From Eledone cirrhosa (lineage: Eukaryota), in NCBI GenBank assembly GCA_964016885.1, contig OZ024748.1, forward strand, positions 16,430,001-16,494,000: a stretch of DNA of 64,000 nt, in the 5' to 3' direction. Positions within the stretch are counted from its first letter, which is position 1. The number at the start of each line of letters is the position of its first letter. Shown here one piece after another: positions 40,718 through 53,613 of the stretch. Under the pieces are notes generated by a model that saw only the letters and a program-made list of their open reading frames with translations, had not been told where the DNA came from and did not search any database. A program made the translations under genes and the position numbers.

Positions 40718-41432
40718 TATGATGGTGATGGTGCTGGTGATGGTGAGGTAGATGATAGTATTGGTGATGATGACAGCGAGAATGGTGATGGTAATGATGA
40801 CAATGATGGTGACAGCGAGGATATTGATGAAAATGATGATGTGTGTTGGTAATGATGACAGTGGAGATGATGGTAATGATTAATGATGATGGTGACAATG
40901 ATGATGGTGACAATGATGATGATAGTGAGGTTGATGACAGCGAGAATGGTGATAGTAATGATGACAATGATGATGATGACAATGAAGATGTTGATGAAAT
41001 GGATGATGAGTGTTGGTAATGATGATGACAATGATGATGGTGACAGTGATGGTGATAGCGAGGATGTTGATGAAAAGGACAATAATAGTGTTGGTAATGA
41101 TGATAGTGTGAATGATGATGGTGATGTTGTTGATGTTGACAGCGAGGATGTTGACAAAAATGAGGATAGTTGGTAATGACAACAGCGAGTATGATGATGG
41201 TACTGATGACAATGAAGATGATGATGGTACTGATGACAATGATGGTAAGGATGGTGACACTGGCAATGTGAACAACACTAGTGACGATAACGATGACAAG
41301 AATGACAATGATAAATATAACATAAATGATGAGGATGAGGGGAGGAGAAGGAGAGGGATGGTGATGATAACAATTATAATGATTACATTTATAATAATAA
41401 TGAAATTTATAATGGCCACGATGATGATGATA
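40718..41432. repeat. Degenerate (GAT)n low-complexity tract
   Basis: GAT/GAC/GGT triplets with recurrent GACAGCGAG. The triplet phase shifts several times. Confidence 0.85.
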
Positions 41433-41791
41433 ATGTTGGTTAAAAACTGTAAATAAAAAAAATCTAGAAATAATGATAAATATCATAGAATCTCCATACA
41501 AGAAGATCTCCAATGCAGACACTAACATCTAGACATCTGGGCGACATTATAAAGACATCTGCTGCAGTGTCATTGTATAAAGCTATTCTACTATCTTATA
41601 TATTAAATAACAAACTGAAAGTATATATTCACATTGTTCTGAACTGAAAACTAAACGAGATATACAAAAATATAAAAAACATTGCTGAGTAATTGAAATT
41701 GTCGTAAATAGATTATGTCCAGATTCCCAGCTTCTGCTCCAAACACAAACATTCTTTATTCATATATTTATATATATATATATACCTAGTA

Positions 41792-41822
<31 letters not shown>

Positions 41823-42239
41823 CATCATCATCATCGTTTAACGTCCATCTTCCATGATATATATATATATATATGTGTGTGTGTATGTGTATATATATAT
41901 GCATATATATATGTATGTGTATATATATATATACATATATGTATGTGTATATATACATATATATGTATGTATGCGTGCATGTATGTGTATATATATACAT
42001 ATAAATGTATGTATGTGTATATATATACACATATATGTATGTCTGTGTATATGTATGTATGCATATATGTATGTGTGTACATATATATATATGTGTGTTT
42101 TACAGTGTTGGCTGGGGTTTTAGGGGGGATTAGGGAGGTGGGTGTATGGGCATGTGTGAGGGGCAGGCAGGTGTGTAGAAGGGGGATGAAGCTGAAGGTT
42201 ATGTTTACCAGATGTATGCTTCTGCTGTTGCCATGGGAG

Positions 42240-42702
42240 GTGTATGGGGAGAAGGTGGACGTGAATACTATATGTATTCTTCAACCTCTACTCACGGGAA
42301 GACGGGTCTTGTGTATTACTGCATAGCGCCAGAGATTTCAGTCCTGAGTCATCGTCTTTGAAAGGTGCAAATGTGCAAGGTCAGCTTTATCCCAAGTCTT
42401 CCTGAGTCTTCCTACTCCATAGCTTCCATTAACTTTGAGTTCTCTGCATCTTTTTATACAGCTGTCATCCTTCATACACAACACATATCCATACCAGCAC
42501 AATCTCAATCTTTTTATGCCTAGCTCAGTTCATTCATGCTTTGCCCTTCATGTATATATTACTATTACACATCCATTAAAACATGCAAGCTTCATTTCTT
42601 TCCAATCTTCGTAAATCCTCTGTACACAGCACCCAGGCCTCACTACCATTTAACATTGCTGGTCATGTATATGTGTCATACAATCTGCCTTTCATTTTGA
42701 AG
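42240..42702 (-). mobile_element. Decayed RTE C-terminal fragment (same family as 60165-61960)
   Basis: Aligns by eye with ~60560-60990 (GGGTCTT..GTATTACT, TTTTTATACAGCTGTCATC, CATGCAAGCTTC). Confidence 0.75.
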
Positions 42703-43345
42703 CTCGAATTTTCAATCTTACTAAGAGCTGAGGAAATAAATTCACAAGAAAATCTAGGAAGCTTAGCCTAAACTTCCTATATCTGCATCAAAATATAGTT
42801 GATTTCCACTGTATCTCTCTGCATATGTAAAACCTGTTATATGTGTAAGTTAAGGAGATTCTGCCTCGGGTCACAATTTTATCAAATATTCAAATACCAA
42901 AATGTTTCGCTACTTGCTAACTTATGCATCACTGATGGCCATGATGATTCACGCAATATTCTTTGTCCCAAAACGTTGATTTCAATATTTACATATGTTG
43001 AATCTAATATTCTTGTTTGTATTGATGTTTATAATATGCACTGCATATATATCATACGAACCTAACATGTGAGTGTAAATGCTTACAGCATTCAGCATCT
43101 CTGTAACATGTAATGTGTGTGTGTATGTATGTACATATGTATGTATATATAAGTATATATATATGTGTGTGTTTGTGTGTATATATATATATATTATATA
43201 TTATATTATATATTATATTATATATTATATTATATATATATATTATATATGTTATATATATATATATTATATATTATATATTATTATATATATATATTAT
43301 TTTATATTATATATATATATATTATATATATATATTATATTATAT

Positions 43346-43379
<34 letters not shown>

Positions 43380-43739
43380 TATATATATATATTATATATA
43401 TGTATATATATATATTATATATATGTAAATATATATATATATACATACACATATATCAACACTCCTCCACAATTGATATGAACTAAAACTATCTAAAGAT
43501 CTAAACTTGTACTCAGGATAGGCTTCAATCAATTGAAGCATTTTATTTTCCAAGATCCACCGCCAGATAATCTAAAGCTCTAAAGATATTTCGCTTTAAA
43601 TAGTGGAAGTGGCTCCAAGGAAGCAGGGTCACCGAGTCTAGCTTGCTTTTCTTCAGAATAGATACTGAAGACTTCATTGACATCGACTTTGAGTTATTGA
43701 CATTTAAACGAGATCTGGAGATATATATACACACACATA

Positions 43740-44260
43740 TCATCGTCACCATTTAACATCCATTTTTCCATGCTCGCATGGGTTAGATGAGTTGGCCAGA
43801 TGACCATGTCTTACTCATGTTGAACTGGTTTTGGCTTGGTTTCTATGTCTGGATGCCCTTCCTTACACCAACCACATTTAAGTGTGGACTGGGTGCTTTT
43901 TGTTGTGACACCTACTTGACTATTTCACAGTGTCGATTGGATGATTTTTTTTGTGACACCTATATAACCACTTGACAGTGTGGACTCGGTGCTTTTTGTT
44001 GTGGCACCTACCTGACCAGTTCATAGTGTAGAGAGGGCGCGTTTTATTATGGCACCTACATGACCACTTTACAGTGTGGACTGGGTGCTTTTTGTCGTGT
44101 CACCTACATGACAACTTTACAATGTGGGTTGGGAGCTTTTTATCATGGCACATACATGACAACCTTACAGTATGGGCTAGATGCTTTCTGTCATGTCGCC
44201 AACATGATCACTTTACAGTGTGGATATATAGGGTGGGGTTGGGGGTAGATGTTCAGGTAT
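43740..44260 (-). mobile_element. RTE 3' end with a degenerate 48-bp array (about 7 copies)
   Basis: RTE tail plus diverged ACAGTGTGGACTGGGTGCTTTTTG...CACCTACATGAC units. Confidence 0.7.
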
Positions 44261-44555
44261 GTGTGTGTGTTAGTGCCACACTAAAATGCACTCAGTAAAA
44301 CACAGGAACATATGTAAACAAGATGCATGTGCTCAGCCCATCTAAGAGGTCAATAAGTCCAGTTGAGTTCTGACACATGTAATGACCATTCAACCCTTGT
44401 TAGTAGGGAAAACAGATGTTAAACAATAGTGATGATAGTAATGAAGATGATGACACTGCCAACAATGCTGATGATATATATATATATGTGTGTGTATGTG
44501 TATATATATATGTATATATATATGTGTGTGTATATGTATGTATGTATGTGTATAG

Positions 44556-44588
<33 letters not shown>

Positions 44589-44676
44589 GTGTGTGTGTAT
44601 ATGTATGTATGTGTATATTATATATATATATAAATATATATATGTGTGTGTATATATATATGTATGTATGTATGTG

Positions 44677-44713
<37 letters not shown>

Positions 44714-46304
44714 GAGAAAGTTACCAATGAAGTCTCTTCAAAAATGAATTTGATAGAAAAAGCAGAATAGATATATTTATATTGATACAGTGTTGTTGGA
44801 TGTTGAAAGTAACTTAATGAATACTCCTTCCCCACCCACCCCTCTCTCACACATACACACACACACAATCATTGAATGATCTCATTGAAAATAGCATGGA
44901 GTTGATGTGAGCAAGCATGCTAAATGAAGCTAAGCTAATTATATCGTTGTTTGACATGATTCACTTAATAATCAGCTGCTAGAGATTTAAGCAATTTTAT
45001 GATAAATTCACTTAAACTGAGAAATCCTAGCTCTATTAAAGTTGATTGGTTTATTTTAAAAACCTTGCATCGATTAAAGTGTAATTGGCTTCAATGATGA
45101 GATAAAGTCGATGTTTGTTGATTCTTCTCAGCTATTTATGGAGAAATTTGGAATATAATAATTGGGTTCCATACCAAAACTATTCTTTAGAAATATTTCC
45201 CATGTTATATTTTGATTCGTTTTCATTTGGTTTTGGTTTGGTTTTGTTTTTATCACGTTTGTTTCGTCATATGTTTATTTTATTTTATTTTATATTATTT
45301 CACGTTTTAATTTTTTTTTTTTTTCCAAAAATATTTCAGCAACTTTCTAAAATATGTCCCCTTATTTATTTATGGCATCACTGCCGTCAGGTTTCTTGAA
45401 ATGCACCAGTGAACTGCAATGACTGGTCGATGACTGCAGCGTTATTTACTCTTATACTGCATGCATGCAACAAAATATTAACCCTTTTAATACCAACCCA
45501 CCTGAAACCACCCCTTGCTTCTGTCATACAAAACTGTTTTATTTTAAATTGTTTATATTTATCCAAAAATCTTCCATCATAATTTTATGCAAGAATCTTT
45601 GCTCCAAACCGTTATGCTCCAAGCACCAGACTAGTAATAAGAAAGTTAGTTATATCACTCAGCCTCTTACTACCCCCACCAAATTCTTGATAAAGAAAAG
45701 TGTTTTATAAGATAAAGGAAATAAGGATGGGAAGAGGGAGTGATGTTATAGTTATTGAGGGAAGGGGAGGGGGTTGAGGAAGATGTGTGATGGCTTGTAT
45801 GGTTCTGTATTAGTTGTAAAATATTCTATGTATGTATGGTATGGTATATATTGCCTCATAACTCCTGATGGAACTGCAGGGATGCCATATTGCCACTGGG
45901 CCATTTCCAGGACATTATTTTAAACCTGGCAGAACCCATCTCCTCTCCAGGTCTAAATACAGCAGATTTCTTTGAGAGAAAGGAAAAGAGAAAGAGATAT
46001 AGAGGAGGAAAAGTGAAAGAGATATAGAGGAGGAATTGACCCCAGTATTTGACTGGTGCTTTTTTTTTTATCAATCTCAAAAGGATGAAAGGCAAAGGTG
46101 ACCTCAGCAGGATTTGAACTCAGAGAGCAGAGAGTGAGAATGAAATACAGCAAAGCATTCTATCTGACATTCTAACGATTCTGCCACTTAGCTGTCCTCA
46201 CTTATATTACTTTATCATCATCATCATCATCATCACCGTTTAACGTCTATCTTCCACGCTAGCATGGGTTTAGACGGGAATTGTCCCAATTGAGGCAAGT
46301 CTTA

Positions 46305-46339
<35 letters not shown>

Positions 46340-46342
<3 letters not shown>

Positions 46343-46537
46343 ATTCCGGGTTGAATCGGAGGTAACCACAGTAAGTAAGGTACTCAATACATAGAGTATA
46401 AAAGTTTTAATATAGATGAGATTCTACAGGACTAGAACTGTTTCATTCTTTAGAAATCATCAGGAATCAAGAATCGAGATTCCTGGTGATTTCTAAAGAA
46501 TAAAACAGTTCTAGTCCTGTAGAATCTCATCTATATT
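46340..46537 (-). mobile_element. Hairpin-plus-tail element in (TA)n, second family, with hammerhead-like core
   Basis: 60-bp arms (46409-46468 / 46478-46537, 2 differences) and a tail with GTATTGAGTAC. Minus strand reads GATT-C-CTGATGA-TTTCTAAAGAAT-GAAA-CAGT-TC-T-AGTC. Confidence 0.7.
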
Positions 46538-47725
46538 ATATATATATATATATGTGTGTGTGTGGTTGGTGTTAGGAAGGGTATCCAGCCGTAAAAAAAA
46601 CCTGCCAGAGACACTTCCGTACAAGCGAGACATGGTCTCCCGACCATTCCCACCATCAGATTGAACAAAACCGTCTAACCCATGCTGGCATGGAAGATGG
46701 ATTTTAGACGACGATGATGATGATATATACACACACACACACATACACACCCAGAAGATAGATACATAACATATCTTTACAAAAACACAGCCACTGCACT
46801 TGCTATTAACTACTATATGTGCACTCTGAACATCATGATGCAGTTTAATTTCTGCAATCTTATTGATTCATTGAGTAAGTGAGTCATGGCTGGAGATTGC
46901 TGAAATAATATGAGTGACTTTCATAAATATTTATATATATATATAAATATATATATAAATATATATATAAATATATATATAAATATATATATATATGTAT
47001 ATACGATATTACCAAATGGAAACTATATTTATAAAACCATATTTATTTCATTATACATATTTCAAGGACACCAAGTTAAATTATGGTGTGCTTTCATCAG
47101 ATAAAATATAATATAGAGCAGTTTTATAAATAAATATTGACATACCCTTAAAGAATGCAACCATTACTGTTGGAAGCTCCCAGATAGTGGAGTTATATCT
47201 TTAATTATACTATTAGGTAAGTTAGTATTGGATATTTTTAAATAAGCCGTTGGGTTATGGAAAAAAAGAGAAAGAAAGAGAGAGAGCAGAACAACCGAGA
47301 GAAAAAAGAGAGAGAGAGAGGGGAGAAAGAGAAAGGAGATAGAGCAAAAACTCTAAGTCATATCATGTTGAGTTATCTTAACATTTGAGATGAAATGAAT
47401 AAATAAATTTAGAAATGTTAAGAATCATGAATGGAAGATACATGTATAATATGAGAAATTTAACCATTGTTTAAATATGATTAAATGTTTAGTTAATCAG
47501 TTAAAATATTGAGATCAATACATTAAAAATTGAGATCTATATAAATATAGTTTCCATTTGTTAATATCGTTTTTACTCCAATTATTTGTTGAGTGCTTTA
47601 TATCAGTTATAAAAATATTTGCTTGTTGTATCCCAACAATTTAAATATAACTTTTACATATACGTATATATATATGATATAACCCATGCTAGTGTGAAAA
47701 ATGGATGTTAAAAGATGATGATGAT

Positions 47726-47760
<35 letters not shown>

Positions 47761-50756
47761 TAAGAGAGAGAGAGAGAGTAAGAGAGAGTGAGAGAGAGAG
47801 AGAGAATTGTTATGAATCCATTTTCTCCTAACTCTACAAAATAAAATCGTTTCCAAGGTACTAAATGATGAATTCATACTTGTAAATGTCAGCTTAAGTT
47901 ACAAACTTCTATGTTGGAAACATTGAAATACTTCCTGATAAGAAGGAACAACAAAAAGCCATTAAAAGATTAACTAATCTCACAATATATTTTAGATATT
48001 TTTTTGCAGATTTTAAAAATAATTATGCAACAATGTTTTATAAAACAACTGAAGTTTTGTGAGACATATTTCTTGAATATGTTGACTTTGCCTTTCATCC
48101 TTACAGGGTCGATAAAATAAAGTACCAGTAATGAACTGGGTATTTGTACCTAAAGTAGAAACAAATATATGACCTCATTGTATATCAGTTTCAATGTGAA
48201 CTCAGTTGAGATCAGCTAATTTCAATGTGGCTTCATTCAATGCTGGACAAATCTATAAGCTCAATAAGTTATAGATTAGGGCCACATACCCTCGGAGACC
48301 TCTTTGTTTTAAAACATACTGTTATTTTATTATTTCTTTCTTCTTCTTCACCCACTGAGAGGGTTGTGTGAGAATAGTCTTCAAAGACTCCCTCCAGTGG
48401 GTCCTGTCAGAAGCAACTGTCTCCAATTCATTTGAGTGGACACCCAAACATGATCAGCCAAGCTCATGGATGTTATCCAACCATCTTGCTCAGGAGGGGG
48501 AGGAAGATGGTATCATCTTATATAGGGAGCAACTACTGATATATTTGACAATCCAAAATCTGATGTATCATGTTGTGACATGTAGTTATTTCATGTGTAT
48601 ATATATATAACAAAACATGTATATATACACAACAAATCACGTGTATATACACAACAAATCATGTGTATATACACAACAAATTGTGTGTGTATATACAAAA
48701 CATGTATATATATATATATATATATATATACAACAAACCATGTATATATATACATGTTATTTCATGAGTATATACACAAAAAACATGTATATATACAACA
48801 AAACGTGTATACAACAAAACCTGTGTGTATATATATATATATACAACAAAATGTATACATATACAACAGATCTTGTATAAATACAACAAAACAGATATAT
48901 ACAACAAAATGTGTATATACACAATACACAACAAAAGTGTACATATATTATATATATATATATACACACATATACAACATGTTATTTCATGTGTATATAT
49001 ACACAACAAAACAAGATTCTTTTTCAATGAATAGAAAACTATATTTTTTCTCACCTCCTTTACTATTCATATCTAAACTTGCTACAGGCAATAATACATA
49101 CTATATTCCAGAATTATAGCCATATGCATGCATGTTCAGTGTTTATTTTCACTCTAACTGTTGATATGTATCACTGGGGGCTAAAGAAAGTAGTTTTCTG
49201 AAAGAGGATTTCAAGAATTTTAGTCAAGTAAAAAGCATATAAAATATGATATTAAAGCTGCAGTAGCATGTATCTTTGTGAAGGCACATGGCCTAGTGGT
49301 AAAGGTGTTGGACTTATGATTATAATGTTGTGGGTTCAATTCCTTGGCTGGGTTGTGTGTTGTGTTCTTGAGCCAAACACTTCATTTCATGTTGCCCCAA
49401 GGAACACTGTGTCTGATGGCCAGTAACATTACTTGCTATACTGTAATACTGTACATTAGATAATGTAGTCCTAGATAGTGGATGCAGGTGGCTTTGTGGT
49501 AAGGGTGTTGGACTAACAATCATAATGTCATGGGTTCAATTGCTGGGCTGCGTTGTGTGCCATGTTCTTGAACAAAACACTTCATTTCATGTTGCTCCAG
49601 TATATTCAGCTGAAAATGAGTACCAGCATTCGCTGGGGATTTAACCCTGTGATGGACTGGCGTCCTGTCCAGGGTGGGAGTCTTGTACTCTCAGTCGCTT
49701 CACACCATGAAACCAAGATAAGCAGCAGCTCAACACGCTACTTGCAGTGTTTAGTATATTGTGACAGACATAGCTGTGTGGTTGGGAGAGTGTGCTTTAC
49801 AAACCAAAGGGCTCTGAATTCAGTTCTACTATGCTGTGGTACCTTAAGCAAGTGTATATTACTTTTATTTCAGGTGATGAGCAGCAATTGGTAGAGCGTC
49901 TGACAACATAGCATGCTTTTCAGCATATAGTTACCTCCCTTTATGTTCTGTGTTGAATTCCTGCTGAAGAGAGTTTTGCTTTTCATCCTTATGGGATAGA
50001 TAAAATAAAGTATCAGTAATGCACTGGGGTTTATTTAATCGACTTTGCCCTCATCCCAAAATTGTTGGTGTTGTGCCTAAATCAGAAACCATTATTTTCG
50101 ATAGGCCAATGGTTTGTGAGTCTAATTTGGTCAGCGAATTCAGCTGAATCCATGAGTGTGTTTATGTGTGTGTGTTTATGTGTGTGTTTGTGTGTGTGTT
50201 TGTGCATTATCACCATCGTTTTACATCTGCATGGGTGGGATGGATTTTTTTCAGTACAGTATCACTCCACTCTTTAGTTATTCCATCTGTGAGCTTCAGC
50301 AATATGAGATCAATTCCCACAACTTCTGTCCATGTCTTTGTTGGTCTGTCCCTACAGCAACTTTCTTTCCATACAATTATATTTCTAATTTCATGTAAAT
50401 TCTTAATTATATTCAAAGTTATTAGAAAATCTTAGACAATGTATGGTATCAAAATGCTTAACTTATGTTCCAAACATCAGATTAATAACGAGCAAGTTAG
50501 TTATATTACTAAATCCCCACAAACTCTTTTTATTATTTTCAAAATTATTTGAAAATCATAGATAGTGTTTTTCATCCGGAATACAGTAGTGAAATGGTTA
50601 AATTATATTTCAAACATCAGCTTTATAACCAGGAAGATATTTATATTACTTAATCCCTCCACATTCTTGATTATTTTCAAAATCATTTGAAACCTTAGGT
50701 AGCAGCTTTCATTAGAAATGCAATAACAAAAGGTTAGCCCCACAGCCTTTCTCCAG

Positions 50757-51136
50757 TTAACTTGTTAGCATTTACATTACTCTATATTTACTATTATATT
50801 TTCACGGTATAGGCTTTATCTCTCGTAATTATCCGACATAATATGGAATCAGAGATTTTAATATTATTTATTTTGAGAACAGCAAAGTTAACCTCAGTGG
50901 GGTTCTGAGTTCAAATACCGCCATGGTTAACTTTGTCTTTCATCCTTACGGGGTCGATAAAATAAAGTACCAGTAATGCACTGGGGTAATTGCTGGCCTT
51001 ATGCCAAAAGTAGAAATAATTATTTATTTTGAGAACAATACCTTAAAATTGGTACGAGTGGCTAGTTACAGTGGGTTTTAATAGAAAGAGGTGACAAAAT
51101 TCTGGCTGAATATGGCTGGTTTAAATGCTTAAGGGC
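50757..51136. mobile_element. TTAA-type MITE copy with a SINE A insertion
   Basis: Degenerate MITE ends. The SINE is flanked by a 19-bp duplication ATTATTTATTTTGAGAACA at 50863-50881 and 51019-51037. Confidence 0.65.
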
Positions 51137-51392
51137 AGCACTAAGTCTAGTTTATATGAAAGTTTATACAGAAATAAAATGTGAAAAGAAATAGTTGAGA
51201 TTACATGACAAGGGGATCCAAGTTATTTTTAACACACTGGATAATACTTTGAGTTAGTTTAAGTCAATGCAATCATAATTTCTATGTTTCAAAATGTAAC
51301 TGTTTTACATGTAATTATTTCTAAATTTATGATGACGACGATGTTTGTAGGTATATATTAAGAATGTATGTAGTGTGTATATACATGCACAC

Positions 51393-51423
<31 letters not shown>

Positions 51424-51494
51424 AAGAAAAAGGGATGAAATCGAAAATGCAACTGAAGTCTTATTTTTTTAAAAATATATATATTTATTTGGTT

Positions 51495-51532
51495 CCTTTA
51501 CCGGTTTCGCAGTTCTTCTGCTTTTCAAAAGG
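51495..51532 (-). ncRNA. Minimal type I hammerhead ribozyme (copy in the inverted pseudo-LTR)
   Basis: Exact reverse complement of 53576-53613. Confidence 0.7.
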
Positions 51533-51658
51533 TGAGTTGAGATGGAGGGTCTGTGGTTTTTCTCACATCTGGTTGGTCTCTAAATGTTACTTGTTTTATA
51601 TGGAAAAACTGGCTCGAAAACCAGGTTTTTCGAGAAGTAATTTGATTGGTTTGTCAAT

Positions 51659-52519
51659 TCCAAACAATATCTGCTATTCACCTCCAACCATCCAAAGCAC
51701 ACGAAGACGAACATTCCTTTTAACCTAGCAAGAAGAATTTGCACAATTGTCTCCAATTATGAAACGCGAAATAAAAGACTTCAAGAATTAAAGGAAATTC
51801 TACTTGAGAGAGAGTACCCACTATTACTAATAAATAATGGAATAGAAAGGGCTAAAGCAATAGGCATTGATGAATTACGGAAACAGAAACAAATTCAAGG
51901 TACGTCCAATATTCTATCATATATCTCAACACACAACCCAAGAAATGCGGAAGCTTACAACACTATTCACAATAACATCTCACTACTAAAACAAAACCCA
52001 AGAATGAAAAAAGCCCTTGAAACACACAAAATAATCAAAAGCAAAAGACAACCAAAATCACTGAAAACATTACTCACCAATGCCAAATTACCTACCACAA
52101 ACCCACAACCAAGTATCAAAAAATGTGGTCGCTCTAATTGTGGAACCTGCACTCACCTCATTCAAGGCAACACGTATACATTTAAATCAGGACAAAATTT
52201 TACTGTAAAAAATCACTTCACTTGCTCATCAAAAAATCTAATTTATGCCATTAAATGTAAATGATGCAATGAAGATTATATAGGACAAACTAAACTCACA
52301 CTCAGAAACAGAATGACAGTTCATCGCCAACAATTACGAGATCCAACCACGAGACAAATACCACTAAGTGCACATCTAGACATTTGCGCAAGTAATAAGA
52401 CACCCAAATTCCAAGTCTTCCCATTTTACCTTTGCGCTAACAATACAACAGAACAAATGCGAATAAATAAGGAAAATATGTTTATTCAAAAATATAGACC
52501 AACATTAAATAAGGTTTAA
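51659..52519 (+). pseudogene. Penelope-like polyprotein C-terminus: RT thumb, Cys linker, GIY-YIG endonuclease
   Basis: One frame: SKQYLLFTSNHPKHTKTNIPFNLARRICTIVS...EYP...STHNP...CGRSNCGTC...FTCSSKNLIYAIKCK*CNEDYIGQT...RMTVH...SAHL...KENMFIQKYRPTLN. A single in-frame TGA at 52262-52264. Confidence 0.9.
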
Positions 52520-52723
52520 TATACATTATGTCAACACCACAATATGACATACACACACACACATAACACCTACTTTAGAAAATAAAAACCCGAACTAAAT
52601 AAACCTTAAACATATGTTTGCACTGGCAATACAACAGCAAACACGAAAAAGTCAGGAAAATATGTTCATTCAAAAATATTCCTACTAAAGGAATCATTTT
52701 CCTACACACACACATACACACAC

Positions 52724-52762
<39 letters not shown>

Positions 52763-53007
52763 TCTTCATCTTAACATGCTAACCATACTCCCACACACAT
52801 AACACCCATACACACACATAAAAAACCCCACACCTACAACACTCTCCCCATTTCTACTAATAGAACCACTTTCCTACACACATATATATATACACACACA
52901 CAAAAAATATATATTCTCTCTATCTAACATACTCGCACACACACACATAACACCCATATACACACAACTCCCTCCCCCATCTCTACTAATAGAATCATCT
53001 TCCAATA

Positions 53008-53053
<46 letters not shown>

Positions 53054-53575
53054 AGCACACAAATAAACACATATCTTCAGTCTCAATAGAAAATCTGAAC
53101 TCTGACACCTGAACTCTGACAGCTGGCCATATTCACTGAACCAGAACATTTCTCCCAATCCCTTTTCCCTTGACCACTATCTCTCCATTGTCATAACATT
53201 CACTATAGACTACAGAATAGTTTTCCAAATAAGGGCGCAAAAATGTAATGAAAACTTGTTCACGTGACAGCCAAATTTCATTTATAACCAACCAAAAAAA
53301 AGCCTTCGTGAGCCTCATTTTTTCAAGTAAAAAGAAATTCAAACACTCATATATGAAAAAACAACCTGTGACAACCCCCCCCCCACCCCACCCCCTCTCT
53401 TATTTGAAGAACTATTGTAACGCGAACTGGCGCAAAATTTATTATAATTATTGACAAACCAATCAAATTACTTCTCGAAAAACCTGGTTTTCGAGCCAGT
53501 TTTTCCATATAAAACAAGTAACATTTAGAGACCAACCAGATGTGAGAAAAACCACAGACCCTCCATCTCAACTCA

Positions 53576-53613
53576 CCTTTTGAAAAGCAGAAGAACTGCG
53601 AAACCGGTAAAGG
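53576..53613 (+). ncRNA. Minimal type I hammerhead ribozyme in the 3' pseudo-LTR
   Basis: CCTT[TTGAAAA]GCAG-AAGAA-CTGC[GAAA]CCGG[TA]AAGG: stem I CCUU/AAGG, stem II GCAG/CUGC, palindromic stem III, UA cleavage site, U3/A8 core variant. Confidence 0.75.

Noticed and set aside
40883-41456. Asp-rich acidic (biomineralisation-like) ORFs
   Set aside because: Degenerate (GAT)n whose phase shifts between Asp, Met and stop readings.
51375-51728. Identical peptide in ORFs 51375-51728 (+) and 53347-53724 (-), suggesting a duplicated gene
   Set aside because: It is the antisense reading of the inverted pseudo-LTR.
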